Source: Actinomycetota bacterium (GTDB taxonomy: Bacteria > Actinomycetota > Actinomycetes > S36-B12). Taken from it: 64,000 bases of DNA. Position 1 is the stretch's first letter; every line of letters starts with the position of its first letter. The stretch lies in assembly GCA_017856385.1 (NCBI GenBank), contig JAFMFD010000007.1:1156-65155 (forward strand), given 5' to 3'. Shown one piece after another: positions 8,797 to 17,426 of the stretch. Under the pieces are notes generated by a model that did no database searches, was not told the DNA's origin, and saw only the letters and a program-made list of their open reading frames with translations. The position numbers and the translations under genes are program-made.

Positions 8797-9722
8797 GAGG
8801 ATCCCCTCGCCATGCGCGTGATGAGCAGGTTTACGCCGACGATGGCGAGGATAAGCACGGTGCCCATGGCCGCTGCCGCGCCGATCTGCGCGACCTTGAA
8901 GGCCTGCTGATAGACGAGGTAGCTCGGGACGACCGTGGCATTGCCCGGGCCACCCGAGGTCATCACGTAGATGATGTCGAAGTTGCGCAGCGCGGCCGTG
9001 GTGGTGAGCACCAGCGCGACGACGATCTCGTAGCGCAGCCCGGGGAGCGTGACAGCGCGGAACTCGGTCCACAGGCCACCACCGTCCAAGCGCACCGCCT
9101 CGTAGAGCTCGAGCGGGATCTTCTGCGCTCCGGCGAGCAGCAGGGCCAGGGCGAGGCCGAACATCACCCAGGTGCCCACCAGGCCGACGCTAGGCAGGGC
9201 CCAGGTGAAGTCGCCCAGCCACGGCGTCGCGAGCGCGCCGAGTCCTACGGCCTCGAGGAAGCTGTTGAGGGGGCCGCGCGGCGCCAGGATCCAGCGCCAG
9301 ATCACCGCGATCGCAGTGGGCGCGATGACGTAAGGCAGGAACAGGGCCGTGCGGTAGAAGGCCACGCCCCGGATGCGGCTGCGATGCAGGACGCTGGCGA
9401 GGAGCAATCCGATCGCGATGGGGATGATCGAGTAGAAGACGATCAACTCGAGCGCGTGGATGAAGGCCGACCTGAGCACCGGATTCGTGGCGATGTCCAC
9501 GTAGTTGGCGACTCCGACGAACTCCATCCGGGTGATGCCGTTGCCCTCGAAGAAGGACAGGTAGATGGAGTGCAGGAAGGGTGCGAAGACGAAGCCGGCG
9601 TAGACCAGGACCGCCGGCAGGATGAAGAGGTAGCCGATACGGCGGGGCTCCCCGGGCGCCCGACTGCGGGGGGGCGACTTACGTCGTCCCCCCGCAGTGA
9701 CGGGGACCGGGGCGAGGCTCAC
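8793..9722 (-). CDS. carbohydrate ABC transporter permease (MalF-like)
   Basis: Multi-TM protein with EAA-type loop YEAVRLDGGGLWTEFRAVTLPGLR. It sits directly downstream of the binding-protein gene. Confidence 0.85.
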   Translation of the reverse strand: MSLAPVPVTAGGRRKSPPRSRAPGEPRRIGYLFILPAVLVYAGFVFAPFLHSIYLSFFEGNGITRMEFVGVANYVDIATNPVLRSAFIHALELIVFYSIIPIAIGLLLASVLHRSRIRGVAFYRTALFLPYVIAPTAIAVIWRWILAPRGPLNSFLEAVGLGALATPWLGDFTWALPSVGLVGTWVMFGLALALLLAGAQKIPLELYEAVRLDGGGLWTEFRAVTLPGLRYEIVVALVLTTTAALRNFDIIYVMTSGGPGNATVVPSYLVYQQAFKVAQIGAAAAMGTVLILAIVGVNLLITRMARGSS

Positions 9723-9727
9723 GTGCG

Positions 9728-11158
9728 CTACGAGCCCATCCGCTCCGCGGTGAAGGTGCCGTAGTCGGCCTGCAGTGCGTCGACGAACTCCTGCGGGGTG
9801 ATCTCTCCTGCCATGAGTGCCGTCGAGGACTGCGCGATGGTGTCATACCAGGTGGGCGTGGCCCAGTCGGGGAAGCCGACCGGGGTGCCGTTCTGCATGA
9901 CATTCACCCACGAGAGCACGGCATCGGCCGACACGCCGGTGAGGCCGTTGGCCTCGACGAGTGCCGTCTCATTGCCGGACACGGTCGCGGGGACCTGGCC
10001 CTGCTTGATCCAGATCTCCGAGGCCTCCGGGCTGGTGATGAAGTTGATGTACGCCTTCGCCACATCCGGGTTCTTGGCATTCGTCGGCACCGACCAGGGC
10101 AGGTCGCCCGTGGCGATGGCCGCGATGGTGCTGGCATCGCCCAGTGGGAACGGCACGAGCCGGAAGGACTCGGGCGTATCCGACTGGAAGACATTCCACG
10201 AGCCGTTGAGGGCGAACAGACCCTCGCCGTCGGCGAACATGCCGAGCACCTCGGTGCTGTCGAGCGCCGCCCAGCCCTCGGTGAGGTAGCCGGCCTCCGC
10301 CCATGCCTTCATCGTCTCGGCCGCCTGCAGCATCTCCGGGGGAAGCTGCTCACTCGTGCCGTTGATGACATCGGAGACAGTCTGAGGGCTGGTGTAGGCC
10401 ATCAGCAGGTTGGCCATGAGCCAGATCTGCTCGCCGCCGTCCGTCGCGCCGAACATGAGGCCTGTCTTGCCGCTCTCCTTGGCCTTGGCGAGCATCGCCT
10501 CCATCTCCTCGAGGGAGGTAGGCGGCGCGGTGATGCCGAGCTCTTTCGCGATGTCCATGTTCATGTACAGGCCGACCCATGCACCGGTCGCGGACATGCC
10601 GTAGAGATCACCCGAACCCATGGTCTTGCCGTCCGGGCTGAAGCGACCGTCGAGCCCGACCAGGGCCGGGCCCTGGCGTCCCTCCCAGTCATTGGCCTGC
10701 GCGACATCGTCGAGCGGTGCGACGAGGCCCGAGCCGACGAGCTGGCCGAGCGAGCCGTAGCCCTGGTTGACCTGGGTGACGTCGGGGACGTCATCGCCGG
10801 ACAACTGCAGCGGCAGTGTGTCGACGAGGTCGGTGAAGGACTTGACCTCGAAGCGGATCGTGACGCCGGGATTGGCCGCCTCGAATGCCGCGTTGAGTGC
10901 CTCGTACCCGGCCAGAAGCGCATCCGCGCCGCCATTGCCGCTCTGCACCCACAGCTCGACGGCCTCGGCAGGTGCCTCGGACGCCGCTGCAGCGGTCGCA
11001 CCTGAGGACTCCGGTGCAGCGCTGCTGCTCTCGGTGCTCGATCCCCCCGAGGAGCAGGCCGCGAGCACCAGTCCGACAGCCGCGAGGCTGGCGATAGCGG
11101 TCGTGCGGGGATGCAGGACGCGGCGCGCCCTTCGCCCCCCCAACGTGGTTTCTCTCAT
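9728..11158 (-). CDS. extracellular sugar-binding lipoprotein of ABC transporter
   Basis: Lipoprotein signal ..SLAAVGLVLAAC/SSGG. The 476-aa length and composition fit a family-1 solute-binding protein. Confidence 0.85.
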   Translation of the reverse strand: MRETTLGGRRARRVLHPRTTAIASLAAVGLVLAACSSGGSSTESSSAAPESSGATAAAASEAPAEAVELWVQSGNGGADALLAGYEALNAAFEAANPGVTIRFEVKSFTDLVDTLPLQLSGDDVPDVTQVNQGYGSLGQLVGSGLVAPLDDVAQANDWEGRQGPALVGLDGRFSPDGKTMGSGDLYGMSATGAWVGLYMNMDIAKELGITAPPTSLEEMEAMLAKAKESGKTGLMFGATDGGEQIWLMANLLMAYTSPQTVSDVINGTSEQLPPEMLQAAETMKAWAEAGYLTEGWAALDSTEVLGMFADGEGLFALNGSWNVFQSDTPESFRLVPFPLGDASTIAAIATGDLPWSVPTNAKNPDVAKAYINFITSPEASEIWIKQGQVPATVSGNETALVEANGLTGVSADAVLSWVNVMQNGTPVGFPDWATPTWYDTIAQSSTALMAGEITPQEFVDALQADYGTFTAERMGS

Positions 11159-11991
11159 CAGTGAACCTCATTCCTTCCGGTCGGTGCCCCGTCGGGCACA
11201 TGGTCCCCCCTGCTGGAGGGCGCGGACAGCGAGTCTGCGAAAAGGGCAGCATTGCGGCAGCAGGCGAGTAGGGTCGCCGGCCACTCTGGGTCGTAGTCGG
11301 TGGCGGACGCGATGCGGCGTACCGCCTCGACCTTGGAGGGCCCGGGAGCGACCAGGACGGCGCGCCGTGAGACATCGATGAGGGTGGCGACGCCCACGCT
11401 GATGCCATAGTGCGGCACCGCATCGAGGCTGCCGAACTCCGGGAACGTGCCGAGGTTGTCGCGCCGGGTCGACTCGGCGAGCTCGATGATCCGGGTGCGC
11501 GAGTCGCGGGCGGACCCTGACGGGTTGAAGGCGATGTGACCGTCGGAGTCACCAGACGCAAGGATGAACAGGTCCACTCCCTCTGCGTCCCGCAGGCGCG
11601 CGTCGTACGCCGCGGGATCCGCCGGATCCGGCATCCATAGGTGATCCGGCGAGATGCCCACGCGCGCGGCCCGGTCCAGTGGTCCGACGATCTCGCGCAG
11701 CGCGAAGCCCTCGACCGAGTGGTGCAGCGCAGGGTCGACGCGATAGAAGGAGTCGCCCTCGCGCTCGACGTAGTCGTCCATCATCACTATGACCAGGTGC
11801 GACAGGTCCAGCGCACGCTCAGCCACCAGTCGCGTGAGCGCGGTGTAGGTCGTGCGCGGGCTGCGACCCCCGGGGCAACCGAGGAGGTACCGCCGTTCGT
11901 GCGCGGCCGACTCCTCGATGCCCGCGGCGATCTCGCTCGCTAGCGCGAGGCCCATGCTCTCGGAGTCGGCGAACACCGTGAGTTCGGTCAT
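11158..11991 (-). CDS. glucosamine-6-phosphate deaminase/isomerase (NagB) family protein
   Basis: LGCPGGRSP, MMDDYV, SGDSDGHIAFNPSGS, SRTR and SVGVATL align with E. coli NagB motifs recalled from memory. ATG 11991 overlaps the upstream stop, and the stop overlaps the next start by 1 nt. Confidence 0.75.
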   Translation of the reverse strand: MTELTVFADSESMGLALASEIAAGIEESAAHERRYLLGCPGGRSPRTTYTALTRLVAERALDLSHLVIVMMDDYVEREGDSFYRVDPALHHSVEGFALREIVGPLDRAARVGISPDHLWMPDPADPAAYDARLRDAEGVDLFILASGDSDGHIAFNPSGSARDSRTRIIELAESTRRDNLGTFPEFGSLDAVPHYGISVGVATLIDVSRRAVLVAPGPSKVEAVRRIASATDYDPEWPATLLACCRNAALFADSLSAPSSRGDHVPDGAPTGRNEVH

Positions 11992-12890
11992 GCCGAGGCC
12001 CCCTTCGCGCGGGCACACCTCGAAGCAAGCCACGCGCGGTTGGCGGCCTGCTCAGCCGCGACCCCTGCAAGCTGCTCGACCGATGTCGGGGCGCGATCCT
12101 GCTCGACGACCAGCCAACCGGAGTAGTCGTGCTCGGCGAGCGCCGCGAGGACACCCTCGATGTCGACGTCGCCTGCCCCGAGCGGCACGCACACATCCGA
12201 CCACCATTCGTCGAAGTCGGTGCGGCCTTCGCGCTTGGCGCGCGCGAGCACCGACTGATCGACGTCTTTGATGTGGACATGATCGATGCGGTCGGCCCAG
12301 GCATGCACGCACGCCACCGGGTCGGCTCCGGCCAGCGCCATGTGGCCGATATCGAGCGTGAGGGTGACGTCGGTGGTGGCCAGGAGGCGGTCGACCTCCC
12401 ACGCGGACTCGACGAAAGTGGAGATGTGCGGGTGGAAAGAAGCGGCGAGACCGTGCGACCGGGCGAGTTCGACTGCCTGCGCCAGCCTCTGAACGGCGAG
12501 CTCCCACTGAGCGTCGTCGAGGGCGAGTGCCCGATCCTCGCGCGCGGGGTTGACGAGCAACTCGGCCGATCCCTCGTCGGCGAGGATCGCCAGGCGCCCA
12601 CCCGTGGCCACGAGCTCGCGGCAGGTGATCGCCATGCGCTCCATGTCTGCGGCGAACGTCTCCTCGTCGAGGGCGAGGTGGAGCGGCACGTAGGCGCCGA
12701 TGGCGCTTAGGCCCACCTCGTCGAAGAGCGCGGCAGCCTCTTCAGGGGTGCCGAAGAGCCCGGGCGGGCCGAGCTCGGCGCCGTCGTACTCGCTGGCGGC
12801 AAGTGCGCGCAGCATGTCGGAGGGTGCGGCCGAGCCGCCGGTGGTGCCGAAGATGCCGAAGCTCACGGGGGCATTGCCGATGCCGCTCAT
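11988..12890 (-). CDS. sugar phosphate isomerase/epimerase (xylose-isomerase-like TIM barrel)
   Basis: Only the 3' 300 codons of track ORF 11988-13547 are credible. ATG 12890 overlaps the upstream stop (ATGA). Motifs: HPH, DIGH, HIKD, GWLVVEQD. Confidence 0.8.
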   Translation of the reverse strand: MSGIGNAPVSFGIFGTTGGSAAPSDMLRALAASEYDGAELGPPGLFGTPEEAAALFDEVGLSAIGAYVPLHLALDEETFAADMERMAITCRELVATGGRLAILADEGSAELLVNPAREDRALALDDAQWELAVQRLAQAVELARSHGLAASFHPHISTFVESAWEVDRLLATTDVTLTLDIGHMALAGADPVACVHAWADRIDHVHIKDVDQSVLARAKREGRTDFDEWWSDVCVPLGAGDVDIEGVLAALAEHDYSGWLVVEQDRAPTSVEQLAGVAAEQAANRAWLASRCARAKGASA

Positions 12891-14023
12891 GCCGCCTCCC
12901 CGCCGACGGCGACTCCGGCCTGGCGACCCGCCTGGGCGGCCAAGCCCTGCAGGCAGGTCAGGTCCTCGAGGGAGCCGCGCGCATCGCACACGACCGGCGC
13001 ATCCTCGCGCACGCTGCGCGCGAACGCTTCCAGTTCGCGCACGAATGCGGTGGTGAAGCCGGAGAAGATCGTGTCGCGATGACGCATGCCATCGACGAGC
13101 TCCTCGATGGTGAGCATGGAGCGGTGGTGGGCGAGGTAGGGACCTGGCAGCGTGAGGGTGACGCGGCCGGCACTGCCAATGACCATGACCTCTTCGTTGT
13201 ACTCGGGGTAGTCGGGCACCCAGTTCCACGACAGCTGCAACTGCGCGCCTGATGCCAGGCGACCGACTCCGAGGATGCGCGGTGGCTCGGGCGGCGCGGT
13301 ATCGCCGAGCGGTGGATCGATGCTCACGAAGTCCCACGACTGCGGAAGGCCGAGACCGAGCGCGCGCAGCAGCGCCATCTCGTGCACGACCGAGCCGAGC
13401 AGGACGTTGGCGTATAGGGCTCGTACGCCGAGGGCGGAGCCACCGACGGCCTCCTGGTTGCGCGCCTCGGTGTAGGTCTGGCCCGCCGCAACGACTGCGG
13501 CGTCGGGTTCGCTGGCGGGCAGCAGCGTGACGTGCTCGAACTGGCACTCATCGGTGGGGTGCAGGACCGTCACCCGGGCGACGCGCAGTTCGCCGATGCG
13601 CCCGATGGCTGCCCGTGCGGGAGCGATGAGGTCATCGTGTGCCTTCATCGTCCCGACCTGGAGGACCAGGGCGCGCTCCTGCGCGAGTCGGATGAGCTCG
13701 TCGGTCTCGGAGCGCGAATGCGCGAGCGGCTTCTCGGCGAAGACGTGCTTGCCCGCCTCGAGCGCCGCGGCGACGATCTCACCATGCGACCCAGGTGTGA
13801 GTACGAAGACCGCATCGACCTCCGGCGATGCGACGATGGCGCGCCAGTCGTGACCCCAGGCCACGTCGCCCGGCAGTCGCGCGGCGACCTCGCGGGCCAG
13901 AGATCCCGATGCATCGCACACGGCCGTGATGGCGTAGAAGTCGCGCAGGGTCTCGAGGTTGGGCAGGTGCACGCCCTGGCTGATCAGGCCCAGGCCCACC
14001 ATGCCTACCCGGATACGCGCCAC
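12887..14023 (-). CDS. Gfo/Idh/MocA family oxidoreductase
   Basis: Rossmann RVGMVGLGLISQGVH and VFAEKPLA. GTG 14023 is preceded by GAGGGAG at about 5 nt, so I prefer it over ATG 14059. Confidence 0.85.
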   Translation of the reverse strand: MARIRVGMVGLGLISQGVHLPNLETLRDFYAITAVCDASGSLAREVAARLPGDVAWGHDWRAIVASPEVDAVFVLTPGSHGEIVAAALEAGKHVFAEKPLAHSRSETDELIRLAQERALVLQVGTMKAHDDLIAPARAAIGRIGELRVARVTVLHPTDECQFEHVTLLPASEPDAAVVAAGQTYTEARNQEAVGGSALGVRALYANVLLGSVVHEMALLRALGLGLPQSWDFVSIDPPLGDTAPPEPPRILGVGRLASGAQLQLSWNWVPDYPEYNEEVMVIGSAGRVTLTLPGPYLAHHRSMLTIEELVDGMRHRDTIFSGFTTAFVRELEAFARSVREDAPVVCDARGSLEDLTCLQGLAAQAGRQAGVAVGGEAA

Positions 14024-14060
14024 CGAAGCTCCCTCTGGCTGTTTGGAGGGCACTCTCATC

Positions 14061-14087
14061 TACTGGTCTACATATGTCAACACTGGT
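14061..14087. promoter_or_regulatory. candidate GntR/HutC operator (dre-like half site plus imperfect palindrome) in divergent promoter region
   Basis: ACTGGTCTACATATGTCAACACTGGTT. The first 9 nt equal the left half of the DasR dre consensus ACTGGTCTAGACCACT. GTCTACAT/ATGTCAAC is a 6-of-8 inverted repeat, and a second ACTGGTT lies 20 nt downstream. Confidence 0.4.
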
Positions 14088-14122
14088 TGGAATAAGAACC
14101 AGCGTGCTAGGGTCGCCGAACC

Positions 14123-14863
14123 ATGAGCCCAGGCACGTCTGAGCGCACTGGGGGTCGCAGTCCGTCACTGAGCGCGTATCGAGCGATCGCCTCGAACCTC
14201 GCCTCAGGGCGCTGGCCCCCGGGATCCTTGCTGCCCGGTGAGCGCGCACTCGCCGAGGAGCTCGGCGTGAGCCGCACCACCTTGCGCCACGCTCTGAAGG
14301 AGCTAGCTGACGCGGGCGTGCTCGAGCCCGCTCCCCAGCGCGGCTGGTTCGTCGCCCGCGCGTACATCAGTGAGGGCCCCAACGTCCTCATGGGGTTCTC
14401 AGAGGGCGCCTCCGCACGTGGTCTCACCGCCGGCTCGCGCACCGTCTCGCAGGTCCTGCGGCCCTGCACCTTTGAGGTCGCCGACCTCCTCGGCGTGCCC
14501 GCGGCATCGGACGTCGTCGAGCTCGAGCGCGTGCGCACTCTCGACGCGCTCCCCGTCGCGGTCCAGACCTTGTCGCTCCCGGCCAAGCTCGTGCCCGGCC
14601 TGGAGTCCGAGTCGCTCGATGACTCATCGCTCTATCGACTGCTCGGCGAGCGATACGGCCTCGTGCCCTCGCGCTGCGACTACACCCTGCAGGCCGACTC
14701 GGCGTCGGAGCACGTGGCCACGCTGCTGGAGGTCGCGGTCGGCTACCCCGTCCTCATCGGGCACGAGGTCACCGTCGACACCCAGGAGCGTGTCATGGCA
14801 GCGGGTCGCATGATCTACCGCGGCGACGCCTACCGCTTCACGGCAACGCTCTTCCGCATCTAG
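14123..14863 (+). CDS. GntR family transcriptional regulator, HutC subfamily (wHTH + UTRA)
   Basis: N-terminal wHTH LPGERALAEELGVSRTTLRHALKELADAGVL. The C-terminal ~150 aa is effector-domain-like (..YRGDAYRF..). Confidence 0.85.
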   Translation: MSPGTSERTGGRSPSLSAYRAIASNLASGRWPPGSLLPGERALAEELGVSRTTLRHALKELADAGVLEPAPQRGWFVARAYISEGPNVLMGFSEGASARGLTAGSRTVSQVLRPCTFEVADLLGVPAASDVVELERVRTLDALPVAVQTLSLPAKLVPGLESESLDDSSLYRLLGERYGLVPSRCDYTLQADSASEHVATLLEVAVGYPVLIGHEVTVDTQERVMAAGRMIYRGDAYRFTATLFRI

Positions 14864-14895
14864 CCAGGCTCGCGCACCCTTACCGAGGAGGACCC

Positions 14896-15738
14896 ATGGC
14901 ACGACGAGCCACTCCCAGGCCCGTCTACGACGAGCCCGGTGTCGTGACGCCCACCAACGTCACCCGCCATCTGTGGGGTGACGCCGAGTCCGGTTACGTC
15001 GGCGACGAAGTGCTCCTGTCCACCGACAAGCTTCACGCGCTGATCTTCACGCTGCCGCCGGGAGGCAGGTTCGGGCACTCGACCGACAACCGCACGGTCT
15101 TCGCGGCCGACGAGGTGTACGTCGTACTCGAGGGCACGATCGCCGTCATCGATCCGGCGCACGGACAGGTGGTCAAGGCCAATGCCGGCGATGGCGTGTT
15201 CTTCCGACGCGACACCTGGCACCACGGGGTCAACTGGGGCACCGGTCCGGTGCGCGTACTCGAGTTCTTTTCGCCACCACCGGCAACCGGCGCTTCCTCC
15301 GCCTACGCCAAGACGGTGCCCTACCTGGAGTCCCCTGCCCACGCCGACGGCTCCGTGCTCGGTCATTGGCCGATGCAGCGCTCAACATGGGAGGACAAGG
15401 ACACCCTCCACCTCGTGCGTGAGCAGGACCTGCGTTGGCGAGCGGAGGGCGACGTACAGGTCGGCCTGCTGTGCTCCACCGAGCACCTGACTGTCGCAGA
15501 GGTAACCGTGCTCCCAGGGCAGTCGAGCGCCACGCGACGTCATGACGGCGACGCGCTCCTCCACATCACCGAAGGCGAGCTCCACGTTCACACGCCGGAC
15601 GCGGAGAACGCCACCTGGTGGCGCGTGCGCGCGGGTGACTCCATGGTTGTGCCCGACGGCTTCGCCTACCGCATCGTCAACCAGTCCGACGCCCCGGCGC
15701 GCGCGATCTCCGGGAGTGCACCCGGTTACCTGGCGTGA
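14896..15738 (+). CDS. bicupin domain protein
   Basis: Two cupin-like halves (..GDGVFFRRDTWHHGVNWG.. and ..GDSMVVPDGFAYRIVN..). 280 aa. Confidence 0.65.
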   Translation: MARRATPRPVYDEPGVVTPTNVTRHLWGDAESGYVGDEVLLSTDKLHALIFTLPPGGRFGHSTDNRTVFAADEVYVVLEGTIAVIDPAHGQVVKANAGDGVFFRRDTWHHGVNWGTGPVRVLEFFSPPPATGASSAYAKTVPYLESPAHADGSVLGHWPMQRSTWEDKDTLHLVREQDLRWRAEGDVQVGLLCSTEHLTVAEVTVLPGQSSATRRHDGDALLHITEGELHVHTPDAENATWWRVRAGDSMVVPDGFAYRIVNQSDAPARAISGSAPGYLA

Positions 15739-16616
15739 CCGGCGACGTCTTCCTTGGGGTCGACGTCGGCGGCACCAAGGTCCGCGCTGCCCTCGTCGAT
15801 GAGACCGGCGCCATCCTCACGAGCCTGGAATCGCCCACCGGCACCTCCGGAGGAGCAGACCCGGGCATGCGCATCTCCCACGCCACCGCGCACGGCATCG
15901 CTGAGGATGCGGCAGCCAACGGCCTGACAATTGCCGGCGTCGGCGTCGGCGTACCCGAATACGTCCGTGACAACGCACTGCACAGCGATCTCGTGCTCGC
16001 GTGGACGACGCAGCCCGCCGACCTCTTCGCCGACATCGCACCCGTGACCGTCGAGAGCGATGTGCGCTGCGGTGCCCTCGCTGAAGCCCGCCTCGGTGCA
16101 GGTCGTGGATGCGCGTCGATGCTCTACGTCAGCGTAGGCACGGGCATCTCGTGCGCCCTCGTCCTCGATGGAGCGGTCTGGGCCGGCCATCGCGGGGAGG
16201 CCATCGCGCTCGGTGAACTGCCCATCGACCGCGGACTCGACGCCGGCGGGTTGGTCACGGTGGAGCAGTTCGCTTCGGGCTCGGCCTTCGGCCGCAGATA
16301 CGAGCGGCTCACCGGCCAGTCAGTCGACGGAGCACGTGAGGTGCTCGCTCGCGCACAGGGTCAGGATGCGCGTGCCCGTGCAATCGCCACGAGCGCTGCC
16401 CAGGCCCTCGGTAGTGCGATCGCCTGGGCCGTCGACATCGTCGACCCCCAGGTAGTGGTGCTCGGCGGAGGCCTCGGTTCTTCGGGAGGCTGGTGGCACG
16501 ACCAAGTGCGTGCGAGCGCGCTCGCACTGAGTCGACCACACGCTCCGGAGATTGTGGCCGCGGCGCTCGGGTCCGATTCGGGCGTGATCGGTGCCGCACT
16601 TGCCGCCGCTCGGTAA
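15735..16616 (+). CDS. ROK family sugar kinase
   Basis: N-terminal ATP-binding LGVDVGGTKVRAAL and ROK-like GAGRGCASMLYVSVGTGISCALVLDG. GTG 15735 overlaps the upstream stop (GTGA). Confidence 0.85.
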   Translation: MTGDVFLGVDVGGTKVRAALVDETGAILTSLESPTGTSGGADPGMRISHATAHGIAEDAAANGLTIAGVGVGVPEYVRDNALHSDLVLAWTTQPADLFADIAPVTVESDVRCGALAEARLGAGRGCASMLYVSVGTGISCALVLDGAVWAGHRGEAIALGELPIDRGLDAGGLVTVEQFASGSAFGRRYERLTGQSVDGAREVLARAQGQDARARAIATSAAQALGSAIAWAVDIVDPQVVVLGGGLGSSGGWWHDQVRASALALSRPHAPEIVAAALGSDSGVIGAALAAAR

Positions 16617-17426
16617 CGTCGACATGTGACTGACAGCCCCGCGGCCACTGGTCTACTTCGTCATCAGGGATGCGCCCATGGTGGCCGTCGTCCAGGTCGT
16701 TGGAAGCAGTCAGCAGGCCCGCTTTGCTGATGTGACCGTGTCCATGCGCCAGGCTGATGGCGACGTCGTTCTCGTGGGAAGCCTGCAGATCGCTGACCCG
16801 TCAAACGACAAGGCCGTAGTCAGGTCCTTGAGGCCGTTGGGCCCGCCGTGCGGTCTGCAATGGAGTTAGCGCCCGCGGGACTGCTCCCCGGCCTGCACCC
16901 TTCTCGCGAAGCGCTGCTACGACACCAACTGCATCGATCTCCGGCACGGCGAATGTGTCCTCAGGGCCGACAACCTTGCGCCCCATATCGGCGCGCAAGG
17001 CCTCAACCTGGATTCGATGAGGTCGACGCCTCCGCCCCATGACCCCTCCGAGCGTGACGCTGTCGACCAGATGCCGAGGTCCCGCTCCTCAGATCGTCAG
17101 TCATGACCCATCAGGGAGTCGAGTGGGATGGGGCACCGTGCCAGCGGTGGGGTTGCACGACTGAGCCGTCGGCCTTTCGCGGGCCAGGCGACATGCTGCG
17201 CGATTTGGTTGATCGACATCCCTGTGTCACTATGGGGACGCGCAGAAGTGTCGCCGCACGTGAATCGTCATCTGACTGATTCCCCCATCGTCGCTCGCTT
17301 TCCGTGTCGCTCCCTCCGGAGGCGATCCCTGCGCCCGCGCACGGTAATGCGCGTCACTCGCGTGAGGATCGTCCTCGCGCCCCAGCGGACTCGTCCGCGG
17401 TCACAAGCCCTCAGGAAAGAAGCATC

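Noticed and set aside
16678-17040. Track ORFs 16678-16869 (+), 16848-17042 (+) and 16801-17040 (-) as genes
   Set aside because: They mutually overlap and lack GC3 periodicity, ribosome-binding sites and recognisable motifs. I treat them as possible remnants only (see the finding at 16617-17426).
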